Of a stretch of 64,000 nucleotides of DNA, positions 1-12,719 are shown in pieces (the first letter of the stretch is position 1; the number at the start of each line of letters is the position of its first letter). Source of the stretch: Hemiscyllium ocellatum (Eukaryota); NCBI RefSeq assembly GCF_020745735.1, contig NC_083408.1, forward strand, positions 93,216,484 to 93,280,483, given 5' to 3'. The notes beneath the pieces were generated by a model. It worked only from the letters and a program-made list of their open reading frames with translations. It searched no databases and was not told the origin of the DNA. The position numbers were made by a program, and so were the translations under genes.

Positions 1-205
1 ATAAAAATATAGAATTAAGAGTCTAATGATGATGATTGTCAGCTGGAAAAGTCTATCTGGTTCATGCCCTTTCGGGAAGGAAAATGCTGTCCTTATGTGG
101 TCTGGCCTACATGTGACTCCAGAGTCACAACAATGTGGTTCACTTTCACCTGCCCTCTGGGCAGTTAGGGATGCCCACCAAATACTGGCTTGTGAATGAG
201 TAATA
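1..205 (+). mobile_element. tRNA-headed SINE 'family B' (working label), 3' part
   Basis: Core TGGTCTGGCCTACATGTGACTCCAG..CAATGTGGTT..CTGCCCTCTG and tail GGGCAGTTAGGGATG; the same core recurs at 2173, 17369, 49735, 54348, 57670 and 63320. Confidence 0.75.
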
Positions 206-214
206 AAACTGAAC

Positions 215-1920
215 TTGCCACATTCAATCATAATATTGGTGACCACTTCAGAAACAAATGAAAGGAGGTGATAATGCTGCTGTGTCTGAAACGTTCAGAG
301 AAGAAATTAAATACTAAAAGAAGTAAAGAGAGTATGAAAACAGACTGTTAATGAATGTTAGAGTGAATTCTAAAATTTTCTTCAGGCCCACAAACACTGA
401 ACAGGTAGTAAAAGTAAGGGGCGGGCTGATTAGAGAATAGAAAGGGATTTATCTATGGAGGAGGAAGGAATTGCGAATATAATAAACATCATTGTTTTCA
501 TCCAGGATGAAGATGCTGCCAATATCAGAGTGAAAGGGGAAGTCGTTGAGATACTGGATAATCAGAAACCTGAAACACAAAAGGACTTACAAGTCCTAGC
601 TCAGGATTCTGTAAGAGTTACCTTGCAGGTTCAGTTGATAGTCATGAAGGCAAATGCAACGTTAGCATTCGTTTCAAGAGGTCTAGAATACAAGACCGGT
701 GATGTACTGTTGGGGCAATAAAGCTCTGGTCAGACCTCATTAGGAATATTGTGAAAAGTTTGGACCCTTATTAAGGAATGAAGTGCTGGCCTAGGAGGGG
801 GTGAGAGGAGTTTTTTTGAGAATGGTCCCTGAGATGAATGTCTTGTCATATGAGAATTCTGTGTCTGTACTCGATGAAGTTTAGAAGGATGAGAAGGGAT
901 CTGATTGAAACTCAGAATAGAGTGAACGTGGAGAAGACGTTTCTACTTCTGAAGAGACTAGGACTAGTGGGCAGAGCCTCAGAGTGAAGAGGTGATCCTT
1001 TAAAAATGGGATGAGGAAGAATTTTGTCAGCCAGAAGACAGTTAATCTGTGGAACTCATTGCTGCAGAAGCCTGTGGAGACCAAGTTATTGAGTGTGTTT
1101 AAGACAGAGGTAGATAGGTTCTTCATGAGTAAAAGGATCAAGGGTTAGGGGAGAAGGCAGGAGAATGGTATTGAGAAATATATCAGCCATGATTGAATGT
1201 TGGAGCAGACTCAATGGGCTGAATGTCCTAATTCTTCTTCTGCAGCTTATGGTTTTATGGATGTATTAAAAATTGATTTAGGAGGTGGTAATGGAAATGT
1301 TGGCTGCACACAAACTTGGGAAATTAACTGGTTCAGATGGATCCAAGTATACTGAGGTAAATAAGGGAGAAAATTACATTAGCAATAATCCTTAATCTTC
1401 CTTGGATGTAGTCTGGAAACTGAAGGACTGGAGAACTGCTTATTACACCTACACTCAAAAATAATGAAAATAGCAACTATAGACCAATTAGGGTCACTGG
1501 ATCCATAACCTTAACTTTGATTTCTCTTCACAGATGCTGCTAGACCCGCTGAGCTTTTCTGATTTACGGTTTCTGCAGTTCTATTGATTTTTAAAAATTT
1601 AACAAACATGATAGGGAGGATTTCAGAAATGATTATCCAGGGCAAAATGAATAGTAATTTAAAGTAGATTAATTAAAGAAAACCAGCACAAATTTATCAA
1701 AGGCAAGCATGTTTTCTTCACCTATTTATATATGTTCTGTGAGGTAACAGTGAAGATTGATAAATGTAATGCAGTTGATGAGGTGTGCACTGACTTTCAA
1801 AGGTCTGAGATAAAATGCTACTTAACCAGCTTGGCTGAAAAGTGAAAAGACAAATATGAAAAGGACAATGGCAGCATGGTCATAAAGTTGGATGAGTGAC
1901 AGGATACAGAGGACTGAACT
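215..1920 (+). mobile_element. Decayed CR1 LINE ORF2 region, interrupted by a younger CR1 3' fragment (~560-1260) and a Penelope-end fragment (~1491-1590)
   Basis: ORF 455-721 ends in a CR1 C-terminal motif (KANATLAFVSRGLEYK). CR1-type 3' UTR ends TTATGGTTTTATGG at ~1260. RT-like remnants (GACTGGAGAACTGCT, AACTATAGACCAATTAG, GACTTTCAAAGG) follow. Confidence 0.75.
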
Positions 1921-2172
1921 TTACCAAAAAAGGTGGTTAAGTTCCAATTTCAAGGAGTTTCATGGAGGGCTTCCGTCCGTGGGCTCGAGTGAGTTATCTC
2001 ACTCACTTTGTCATGACTTACCTCATTATTGATGAACCACGATTAATGGAGTTCCACTCATAATTAAACATTTTATACACATTGTACATAGAAGGACTTG
2101 CACTGGCAGAGAAATGCCCAGCAATGCGTGAAGAAAGGTCAGCGACCTTTTCTCTTCCAAATGAGCAAGTTT

Positions 2173-2514
2173 AGGGAGATGATGGCCTCGTGGTACTAAT
2201 ACTGGACAGTTAATCCAGAAACCTAGGTAATGTTGGAAAGAAATGGGTTTGAATCCTGCCATGGCAAATGATGGCATTTGAATTCAATAACAATATGGAA
2301 TTAACAGTCTAATGATGACTATGAATCCATGGTTGATTGTCAGGTAAAACTCATTTGGTTCACTGATGTCCTTTTGGGAAAAAAAACTGTCATCCTTACC
2401 TGTGGCCTATATGTTACTCCAAATCCACAGCAATGCAGTTAATGTTTAACTACCTTCTGGGTGATTAAGGAGAGGCAATAAATACTAATCTAGCCAGCGA
2501 CACCTTCATCCTGT
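2173..2514 (+). mobile_element. SINE family B, near full length
   Basis: tRNA-like head (TGGCCTCGTGGT ... GGTTTGAATCC), the family core, and tail GGCAATAAATACTAATCTAGCCAGCGACACC. Confidence 0.8.
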
Positions 2515-3346
2515 CACTGTCTTCTCTTTGTACCTCGCAGACTCACGAATGCTGCGGATGGACATACGTCCATAGTCTACTACTTTTACAACTGACACAA
2601 TTATCTTCTCGTTCTGTCACAAACACACTCACTCACCAATGCCCCACAGTCTTAACCCTGTATGTTCTCTAAACTGCCTCGAGACCTCTCATCACCTTTC
2701 TCCCATATCCACCAGCTATATGCTAGCTATTTTCAATAATTCCTTTGTCACATAACAGGCAAAAGAAATCCCACAATTGTGCAGACTGAGTCACAATAGG
2801 GCAGAAATCTATCTCCTCATTCCCTTCCAGAAGGGGTCCCTTGCCTTACTGGGAGAGCAGCATGACCATTCATATGGTGATAGTGATATCTCTGTGACTT
2901 GTCAATCCCCAGGTAAGATTCATTGTCAAATGCTGTCTCAGTGCAGCCACTGTGAATGTATTCTTAACATGCCCAAACTGCTACCTGTGTGTCACCACTC
3001 ATACTTTCTCTTGACTCCAACAGGTGCCATTGTACCTGCACAGTATTCACCCAGAAGATAGCAACCCTTTCAGACATCATTGTCCTCCACCTCTGAAGGA
3101 GAAACTAGGATTCCGTACACTGGCAAGGCTGACTTTTGTATCCTCCAGGTTGGTATAGTTGCTAAGTTTCAGCTGGGCATACATTCAGGCGATTACATCA
3201 CTGCCATGGTGGTTGAAGAAGAGATGCCCCAGTTCAGAAGACTGCTGCAGGCCAGGCTCTTGCTCTGCATCAGGCAGGGGAGGACCCTGTGGTCATTCAA
3301 AACGCTATCCAAACACATAAGTAGACAAAGGAACAGCAGGTAGGTT

Positions 3347-3702
3347 GGACTACACGGTGGCTCAGTGTTTAGCACTGCTGCCTCACAGCACCAGGGACTT
3401 GGGTTCGATTCCAGGCTTGGGCGACTGTCTGTATGGTGTATGCACGTTCTCCCAGTGTCTGCTGGATTTCCTCCCACAATCCAAAGATATGCAGGTTAGA
3501 TGATTTGGCCATGCTAAATTGCCTACAGTGTTCAGGGATGTGTAGGTTAGGTGCATTTTTCAGGGGTAAATGTAGAGTAATAGGGCAGGGGGATGGGTCT
3601 GGGTAGGATACTTTTTGGAAGGTCAGTGTGAATTTGCTAGGCCAAAGGGCCTGATTCCAAACTATCAGGATTCTATGAATCTAAAAATCTTCTATGAATC
3701 TA
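3347..3702 (+). mobile_element. HE1-type V-SINE
   Basis: Head GGTGGCTCAGTG..TAGCACTGCTGCCTCACAGC, B-box GGTTCGATTCC, V-domain GTTCTCCCAGTGTCTGC..TTTCCTCCCACAATCCAAAGA, and a CR1-type tail ending in TTCTATGAATCTA repeats. Confidence 0.9.
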
Positions 3703-5113
3703 GTCTGAGGCACTCAGCAAACTACATTGAACTTGGAGGAAGTCTACACATCCCTAGAAGGAATTGCCCAGCTCCCTCCATGGACAGACTGTCTTGGAGA
3801 GTCTGATTCAGCATTTGTGGGATATGTCCATAGATCTGCACTCCGTTGCTCTAGCCATTTGTATTCAGCTCCAATGATTAGGTGAAATGAGGGACCTTTT
3901 CAGGTGAGTCTTCCTCTTAAGGAGAGGGTCATTTCAGTGGGCATTCATTGGAGGCGGAAACATATACAGGTTCCGCCTGGCGGTCTCCTCTCAGGACACA
4001 CTAGGATGCTCAGTCCCTTTACCTTCACCCTGCTTGCCATTCTCCACCCTGTGAATGATCAAACCCAAGAAGGTTGAACCTATATCTATGTAGGACACAC
4101 TCAGCATGTTCAGGCTCTCTAACAACAAATCCATCCAAACTCACCCACCCAAATCTCCAAAGCCAACAGGCCCCAATATCGCGAAGCTCCCTCCAGCTCA
4201 GATGCATCTCTAAACTGCACTTAGATATCATGAGAAGGAAAGGAAAAAGAAAAATAGCCTTATGGTGGTATACAGGTAGGATTGGCGACACCTCAATGTA
4301 CGTACACTATCATAGTTGTAATAGGTGTTTACTTTTCACCATTAGCCGGATAAGCAAATTTCATTTTATCCACAACTATATTGATGACAATACAGAGGTT
4401 GGTCATCCTTGAATTCCTCATCCAAGGAAAAGTCAGGCTGGACTCAAACCATCTGTGTTTCCCAACATTCTGAGTGTTTGTTTTGTTTTCACCTGTACTC
4501 TGTGGGTGTCTGTTTCATTCTACTACTGTTTGAGTGGCCTCAAATTGCACAAAAACAGAATCTCCATGTCTCAGGGAAGGGGGGAGGGGGAAATAATACT
4601 TACTCAACCCATTTCATGTATGATGATAGTTAGCCATTTTAGCTCCCATTGCACACTTTCAATTTCGTTGGAGATGGAATCTAACACAATCACATTTCAT
4701 AGAATGAGTTTCAGGGTCAGCCTTTCAACTTAGGTGACCCCAAACGTTTATGTTCCTTTCTTCTTTGCTGTCCCAGTCAATCCCAAAGGCATTGCTCTTC
4801 CCCGCATTCCCACTTGATCCATTTATTTGACGGCTCATCTCCATGCATTATCCCTGGAGTCCCAGGCATGCAGCTTAGTCACGACAAATATGATCAACGA
4901 TGTTGTCTCATTGAAGCCAGGGTGGAGGGTACTATAAATGACAAATCCTTGCTTCCCCTCATGTCCCCTGCCCCCATCAGGATGATAGCACCCCTTACTC
5001 TCCATGCTCTATCATCTCCCATTCTTATATGTTCAGTATACCCCCTTCACAATTATTACTCCCCTCCCACATCCCAGCATTTTGCTTCAAATCTTTACAA
5101 ATGATTTCCCGGT

Positions 5114-5983
5114 ATTATCCGCCGCCATTTCCGCCACCTCCAAACGGACCCCACCACCAAGGATATATTTCCCTCCCCTCCCCTATCAGCGTTCCGCAAG
5201 GACCACTCCCTTCGTGACTCCCTTGTCAGATCCACACCCCCCACCAACCCAACCTCCACCCCCGGCACCTTCCCCTGCAACCGCAGGAAATGTAAAACTT
5301 GCGCCCACACCTCCACACTCACTTCCCTCCAAGGCCCCAAGGGATCCTTCCATATCCGCCACAAGTTCACCTGTACCTCCACACACATCATCTATTGCAT
5401 CCGCTGCACCCGATGTGGCCTCCTCTATATTGGTGAGACAGGCCGCTTACTTGCGGAACGCTTCAGAGAACACCTCTGGGCCGCCCGAACCAACCAACCC
5501 AATCACCCCGTGGCTCAACACTTTAACTCCCCCTCCCACTCCACCGAGGACATGCAGGTCCTCGGACTCCTCCACCGGCAGAACACAACTACACGACGGC
5601 TGGAGGAGGAGCGCCTCATCTTCCGCCTGGGAACCCTCCAACCACAAGGTATGAATTCAGATTTCTCCAGCTTCCTCATTTCCCCTCCCCCCACCTTGTC
5701 TCAGTCGGTTCCCTCAACTCAGCACCGCCCTCCTAACCTGCAATCCTCTTCCTGACCTCTCCGCCCCCACCCCACTCCGGCCTATCACCCTCACCTTGAC
5801 CTCCTTCCACCTATCCCACCTCCATCGCCCCTCCCCCTAGTCCCTCCTCCCTACCTTTTATCTCAGCCTGCTTGGCTCTCTCTCTCTTATTCCTGATGAA
5901 GGGCTTATGCTCGAAACGTTGAATTCTCTATTCCTGAGATGCTGCCTAACCTGCTGTGCTTTGACCAGCAACACATTTGCAGC
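5114..5983 (+). mobile_element. 5'-truncated Penelope-like element (Neptune-type): intact Cys-rich linker and GIY-YIG frame, 3' end with hammerhead
   Basis: Stop-free frame 5114-5755: ...CNRRKCKTCAH...IIYCIRCTRCGLLYIGETGR..ERFREH...HFN..H...RLEEERLIFRLGTLQPQGMN. CpG-rich, so probably young. Imperfect TSD TGATTTCC at 5102 and 5984. Confidence 0.92.
5893..5920 (+). ncRNA. Minimal type I hammerhead ribozyme core (PLE family 1)
   Basis: CTGATGA-A-GGGC TTAT GCTC-GAAACGTT: CUGAnGA box, helix II, GAAA, palindromic ACGT in place of helix III, NUH site. Confidence 0.75.
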
Positions 5984-6894
5984 TGATTTCCTCAGTGTCC
6001 CAACCACAGCCATGGCCCCTGAGAACTCTGACTTCCAATGAACAAACCCCTTGGCCTGAACATGGCTCACCTCCCTGATTGAATTGATGTGACAGTCAGA
6101 TTGGTATCCTACCATGCTCTTGACTGACTGGCTTTGTATCTTAGCAAAAAGGCAAGGCAAGAGAGAAGGACTGTAGCCTGTAAGTTATGGATGAAGTGAA
6201 AAGTGCGGAAAACAAATGTAATGCAGAGGTAGACTCAAAGTGAGTGAGTGCTAAGAGAGTGAGCAAGAATCCCTGAGATGCATTCTGCTCTTAGCAACAA
6301 CACTGCAATACAAGATGAACTGAGACCTCCAGGTACCGGGTCTGATTTTCTTGTCGGGAATTGTCTGTCTTGTGAGATACAAAAGCATATAAATAAAAAC
6401 TGCATGTAAATGAGATGCTATTAAGTACTTAAGAGATATCGATGCATGCAAATAGGCCTCTTGCCATTCAGTAGTGAGACTCTTATCCTGTCCTTGATGC
6501 GGATTTGAACTCTTTTTCTTGACATTCAGAATCTACTTTTCTTGAACTCACTGTATTTTCCCAACTGACTTTCTCTTGCCCAAATAATTCAGGAATTGGG
6601 AAAATTAAACCCAGGCAAGCAGTGAATAGTTATTTGGTGGACATGATTCTCTGGGTTTACTCAGGGAACGTATTAGGTTCATTGTTTTTCTTGCACTGTT
6701 TAATGACATAAGGTTTTGGGTGCAGGGCACAGTATTTGGAAAATATTGTGGACTGTATGTAGGACAGTGACGGACTCCAGGGCAGAGACAGGCTGATTCC
6801 ATAGCCAACAGTTTGAAATGATCCATTTTGGCAGGATGTATGAAGAAAGGCAGAATAAATGAATGCATTTATTTCCAAAGTAGGTGCAGGAGCG

Positions 6895-7600
6895 GGTAAC
6901 CTGAGGAAAGATGTGCACAAATCGTTGAAGTTGACATGGCAGATAGAGAAGATGCTTAATGATGGAGGGGGAGTCCTGTATTTTATAAATTCTACCACAA
7001 AATACAAAAACAGTGAAATTGTGTTGAATAATTCAAAAACTCAGATTCATTGTCAATTGATAAATTGTGCTCAATTTTGAGCACTGAACTTTCGGAAGAT
7101 TATGGAGACAGAAGCTTGGGTTTAGAAGGATGGGTAAAATTGGTCCCAGGGATGAGGAAGTTCAATTATATGGGTAGATTAGAGAAACATGGGATATTCC
7201 CCTTTGAGAATGTTGAGAGGAAATTTGGTCGAGTTGTTCAAAAAGGAAGAATCTGCACAGAGTGATTCCTCATGAATACAGCATCCCTTACTCCCCATGC
7301 TCTATCATCTCCGTCCTTTCACTGGGATTTAAGGTGTATCATCAAAAAAAAAACAAGGGTGACAAGAGGAAAGTATTTTATACTCAACAAATCTGTTTAG
7401 GATCTGGAACAGACTGCCTTAAATTTTGGTTAATGCAGATTTAATTGTGAACTGGATAATGATCTCAATTTAAAATGTTTGCAGGGCTATTTGTAAAAAG
7501 TGGGGAAGTGGAGTTAGCTGAGATGCTCTAGCAAAGAGCAGACATCAACACATTGGGCTGAATGGTCACTCTGTGCACCATCGGTGTGATTATTTCCTGA
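6895..7600 (+). mobile_element. Old CR1 3' fragment
   Basis: Degenerate CR1 C-terminus (NCAQF.., PGMRKFNYMGRLEK) and 3' UTR GGGCTGAATGGTCACTCTGTGC. Confidence 0.7.
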
Positions 7601-9064
7601 TTTGATGAGGATCTCCATCCTCCAACGTTTTCTCTTTCAAATAGAAAAAGATTTTTAACTCATGTACTGAAGTTAGCTATGTGCTTGCAAAACAATTATG
7701 CAAAAATCACAGGATGGAAGCGATTCAATACTTTGAAGGGAGGTTTGTTTGAAATCCTCAAAGTAATCAAAAAGAAGTGAGACAATCTGACTGAAGCTTT
7801 CTCTCTAGCTCCAATGCTGAAATAATGAAGAATTTTAGTCATGAAAAATTTCTTGAAGGTATTTGGTGAAAAAAGTAAACAAAAAATTTCCAGCCAGGTA
7901 AACAAAAGTTACTTGATATCAAATTGATTTCATGCTCACTGCTTTTCGGTCATTTTTAAGTTACAATATTTGATAAGTCTATGACTGCTAATGATCTCTG
8001 CAAATCAGAAGGAAGAAAATCATTTTGAGTGTTCTACCATATTAATAAAACTATCACTTCCAATTTTTATACAATACCACGAGTTTAGAAGCTTGTGGGA
8101 TTTCTTATAACTCAATTCAGGTTTTCAAATGAATCACATTTGAACTTATGAAGGAGCCAAAATCAGGAACCAAAAGACCAATGGACACATCTACTGAACA
8201 CGAAGAGTCTGTATAATAAACCACACCAATGTGAGATTGAAATGGTCATTGTCAGTTACAGTTCAAGAAATGTGTATAATAAAATCATGCGACAATGTTA
8301 ACTGGATGAAGTAAGACATTTTGGGTTATAAATAACTTGGTGATGAAATAGGAATAATTTGGAGCTGTTATAAGAGGATATTCTGCCAATGTTAAAGATT
8401 TACAAGATGAAAGGATGGAGAGCAGCAAGTGTTAGCAGAAAGGAGAAGGAGAGTAGAGATAACCAGTGAACAAGATTCACAAGATAGAGTTTATTTTATT
8501 GAAGGATTCTTCACCGAACAAAGGCCTGAGTGCACAGACATGCTTACTCAAGTTTGAATTGTGAAGTTCTTAGTTCTTCTACTAAGCACAAACTTTCTCA
8601 ATTGTAGTTCAGGGCAGCTTTCTCACAATGAATATAACTTCACTTCAATGCTACAGTTTAACATAACTATAAGTGGCTGATTCAAGCACAAATGGCATCT
8701 TCTTCAAACACCTTCTACATTTTAATAATGTTTTTGGGACAACAACCTAGATGACAGATAATGTGTGACAGCTTTCACATTAAAAAGTGTAACATTACTG
8801 TTACTGTGGAGACTTCTGTCAAGAACAGCATTCATTGTTGATTCCAATTTCCTTTGAGAAAATGGTGGTGAGCCATTGCCTCTGCATCTATGTGGAACAA
8901 CGTAGTGCCATTAGGAGGAAATCGAAGGATTTTGAGCCAACAACAGAAGGAACAGAAATATAATTCAAATTAGAATGGTTTGTGACTTGGAGAGGAATTC
9001 GCAAGTGCTGGTGTTCTCATTCATCTGCTTCTTTTGTTCTTCTAAGTGGGAGAAGTCATGAAGT

Positions 9065-9962
9065 TGTAACGCCTGTATCTTTTTTTTATTACTGTGGCCT
9101 GAAATGGGAAAGGGGCTGTTATAAAAGCTAGGATTGTGAAGGAATTGCTGCACCTTTAAAAACAAGTTACTGAAACTCATTGTATGTGGTGAATACACTT
9201 GCTGCTTTATTCATGCAGTGGTGGAAGCTGTTTATGGAAGGCAAGCGCCAGGGGGTGTATGCAGAGAGAGATTTGACCGGCTATAAGTAGCCAGTTAGTT
9301 TATGCTTTTGTGCCCAGCGTAGGTATCAGACGTACGACAGGGGACACCAGAGTCAACTTTCTTTTAGTTTCTGAACAGCTTGTGAGCATGAGTGACATAG
9401 TGAAAAACCATTGGACCTTTGGTAAGGCACGGTGTTCCTGCAGTAAAACAAAACCTGAAGTCCTGTGGAGACTCAGTTATTTTCTCCGATCAGTTGCTAT
9501 AAGCTGTGCTCTTAACAGGTAACTAAAGGTTTGAGCAGGTAGTATACTAATCATCCCCCTGAAAGGAAGTGAAGGAACCTGAAGAACAGGATGTTCTGTC
9601 AAGACAGAAGGATCACCTCCCAGCAACCTCTAGGGACTTGTGCTGTTGAACTGTGATTCCCAATTTTTTTACCTGTCTCTCTCTGTGTCTATATGTGTAT
9701 GTAGGTGTTTTAAAGGGGGTTAGGGCTTTAACTAGTAGAACATGTGTTGACAGTTTTTGGCTGTTTATTTGTGATTAAATGTACCTGTTTGTAATAAGCA
9801 GCAATTTTTGTTCTGTGCAGGTCAGTGCTTTCTGTCAACCTGATTCCAAAAGATAGATAAATCGGGGAAATTGTGCACTTTTATAAGATCAATAACTCTT
9901 GTGGCAAACTCAGGAGTATTGGAGCTTCAGAATCAATGCACTTTCCCCTGTGGCTTGTAATA
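9065..9962 (+). mobile_element. Putative solo LTR (Gypsy-like)
   Basis: ~900-bp non-coding block that cleanly interrupts the LINE. Starts TGTAAC, ends GTAATA (degenerate TG..CA), with degenerate flank duplication GAAGT/GAATG and ATTAAA at ~9773. Confidence 0.45.
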
Positions 9963-10359
9963 GAATGTGCAATCGAAAGAGCTGCAGCAAGTGCTACATG
10001 GCGAATTATAGCTGATGAGCACTTATGCCAATGTGATAGAGGAAGTGGATGCTGAGCGTGAGGAATAGGTTGCTGATTAAATGTACTGCTTTATCCTGGA
10101 TGGTATTGAACTTTTCCAACACCTTGGAGCTGCACTCATCCAGGCAAGTGGAATCATTCCATCACATGTCGAACTTGTGCTGGCAGATGGTGGACAGGTT
10201 TTTCAGGGATCAGGAGGTGATTTACTTTCCACAGAATTTCCAGTCTCTGACCTGCTTTTTAACATTTATATGGCTGGTTCAGTTAAGCCTTGGTGAACGA
10301 TGACCCAAAGAATGTTGAGGTTGGGGCATTTAGTAATAATGTTGCTGTTGATGTCACAA

Positions 10360-10815
10360 GAATGATTTTGGGGATGAAGTACTCGTCATATGGGGAGCAG
10401 TTGAGGTCTCTGGGTATATACTAGATGGAGTTTTGAAGGTTGAGGCGGGATGTCATTGAAACTCATTGAATGTGGAGAGACCTGGATTGAGTGGATAGAG
10501 AGAAGGTATTTCCCCTCGAAGGACTAGAACCCGAGGGCACAGCCCCAGAATGAAGGGTTGACCCTTTTGAATGGTCTTGAAGAAGGGTTTCTTCAGCCAG
10601 AGTTTGGAACTCATTGCTGCAAAGACATTAGAGGCCCTCTCATTGAATATCTCTAAGACAGAAATAAATAGAATCTTGATTAGTAAGGGGTTCAAGGATT
10701 ACAGGGAGTAGGCAGGAGAATGGGGTTGAGAAACATCTCAGCAATGATTGAATGTTGGAGCAGACTTGATGGGCTGTAAGGCCTAATTCTGCTCCTATAT
10801 CTGACGGTCTCATAT
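10360..10815 (+). mobile_element. CR1 3' fragment
   Basis: Colinear with 830-1260 (GGACTAGAACCCGAGGGCACAGCC...GGAGCAGACTTGATGGGCT). Confidence 0.85.
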
Positions 10816-12719
10816 AAAGAGGCAAGGTTTGGATTTTTTATGTAAATGGTCATTACCTAGCTCTTGTGTGGAACGAATAATTTTTGCCACTTTTCAGATC
10901 AAACTGTAATATTGTTCTGAACTTCCTTCATACAGGCAGGGACTGCTTCATAGGAGAATCTTGAATAATACTAAACACTGTTTATTAATCAGAAAACTCT
11001 CCACTTCTAACCATAATAATGGGGAGAAGATCACTGATGAAGGAGCAAAAGACAGTTGGGCTGAATACAATATACTCAATATACTTACTCAAAGTTGTTA
11101 AAGTTTTCAATGCAGCACACACACATCTTCTGTAGAAATTTAATATATATATTCAATGCTCTGTCAGTTTGTATGATAGTAAAAAGCACTTTAGAATTAT
11201 CATTTTGTCTAAAGCAAAGTGCATAAACTGCTGCTCCTGCTCATCAGCTGGAGAGCTATTGGATTTTCTTGTTTTTCTAACTGAAGAAGCTTAAGAACAC
11301 AAGAATGGTTGTGTAGGAGTTGGGAAGGTGAAATGGAAATACATTGTATATTCTAATAGAGTTGCTGCACTTGTGTTCTAAAGGGAGGCTAAATGAAGCA
11401 CGCTTTAAACTGTGAACATCTTCCACCAGGCATTTTGAGTAAGATGCAAATAAACTGTGAAATCTGGTTCAAAGCCGAGACACTGTTTACATTTTTTGCC
11501 ACTTGAGTTATTGCTTGAATTACCGAATAGCAGACCTGCATTCAGAGGACAGGGATAGGAATACAAAATAAGTGTTTCTATCTGATAAAAATGTTAGTAT
11601 AATGATATGTAACAAGATATTAATGGAGTCACTTTGCAATTCAAAAAAGCTACTTATTTGTTGGTGAATCATTAACAATATTGTCAAAAGCGTCAATTAT
11701 TTAAGTGAAGTAGTGTCTCATTTTTACTTCCGATTTATTCATTTGCTTAGGTTCAGATTTAACTTCAGCTGAGAATTGCTTTCAACAACGTGATGAGATA
11801 GGTGTTCCTCTGAGGCGCAACAGTCTTATTGTTTAGTCAACATTTTTTGAATTAATTAAAAGGTGCACATATATCTGCAATTTTATTTGGTCTTTGTTTA
11901 TTTGCAGTCTTTACTTAAATTCATTTGTTAGCATGAATGGGGAGGCAATCCGAAATGTAGTGCAGATCACTTTCAGTTGGTCACTGGTCTGGTTGCTATG
12001 GTGCAATGTTTTCCTGAACAGTAGATGATTTCACTGCAATTATCTGATTTCACTGCGTCAACATGATCCAGATTTCAAAGCAGGATAAACAATATTGACA
12101 GCATTAATATGCAGATTCAAAAGCATTTTAGCAGAACTGTCTCTTTAGCAAATGCAGTTTTACGAAGATGAGTAACTTTTACATCAAGTAGACATTGTTT
12201 TCTACATGTACAAGAATCCAAGGAAATAACAATTCAAACTTATTGCCTCATTTTGAAAAGCACAACTGGAATGACCTTATTGACCCGAGGGCATTATTCA
12301 CATGCCAGAGAGATGAAACAGCACTGCTACTATTTAGCTATCTCTCCTGCTATCTAGTTTGCTGCCTGGTACACTGTGCTACCAAACATACCAAATGTTC
12401 AATCACAATCTTGACATCTCATCATTCTGCCAGCACTTATAAACAGGTTCTTGTTACTCTATCTCATGGTTTATGTTCACTCATCCTTTCAGTTTAGACG
12501 AGTTATTTCACAGACATTATTATGTCAGATGCAACTTATAACAACAGATGATGCTTCATACAAAATACAGGTTTTGAATTAACCTTTAGTGACCTCCAGT
12601 AGCTGAGAATGATTTTATGATCAACAGGTTAACAACTTGAAATGAGTAGTTCTATATGATACTGCTGTATATACACCAAAAATACTTTGAAAAAATTTGC
12701 TGTTTGGAACTACTTTCAA

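Larger units (their letters stand above)
2757..6160. pseudogene. Probable decayed PIF/Harbinger transposon (Myb/SANT-like exon on +, transposase remnants on -)
   Basis: + strand 2757-2911 is bounded by AG and GTAAGA and reads K..SHN...IYLLIPFQKGSLALLGEQHDHSYGD, resembling the C-terminal motif of Harbinger Myb/SANT proteins. - strand ~4850-4950 reads L*YPP then, in another frame, SLIIFVVTKLH (cf. LQYxP..S.II..CC.LHN of HARBI1-type transposases). Highly degenerate. Confidence 0.35.
8830..11070 (-). mobile_element. Old CR1-clade LINE (partner of SINE B), 3' part; interrupted by a putative solo LTR and a CR1 3' fragment
   Basis: Reverse complement of the LINE seen at 29040-30715 (GTGTTCTCATTCATCTGC..TTCTTCTAAG; GCTGCACTCATCCAGGCAAGTGG). 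Confidence 0.6.

Noticed and set aside
3347-3420. tRNA-like heads here and at other SINE copies
   Set aside because: They continue into SINE bodies and lack a complete cloverleaf; not tRNA genes.
5004-5654. 216-aa proline-rich ORF
   Set aside because: Alternative frame of the C-rich PLE; the meaningful frame is 5114-5755.
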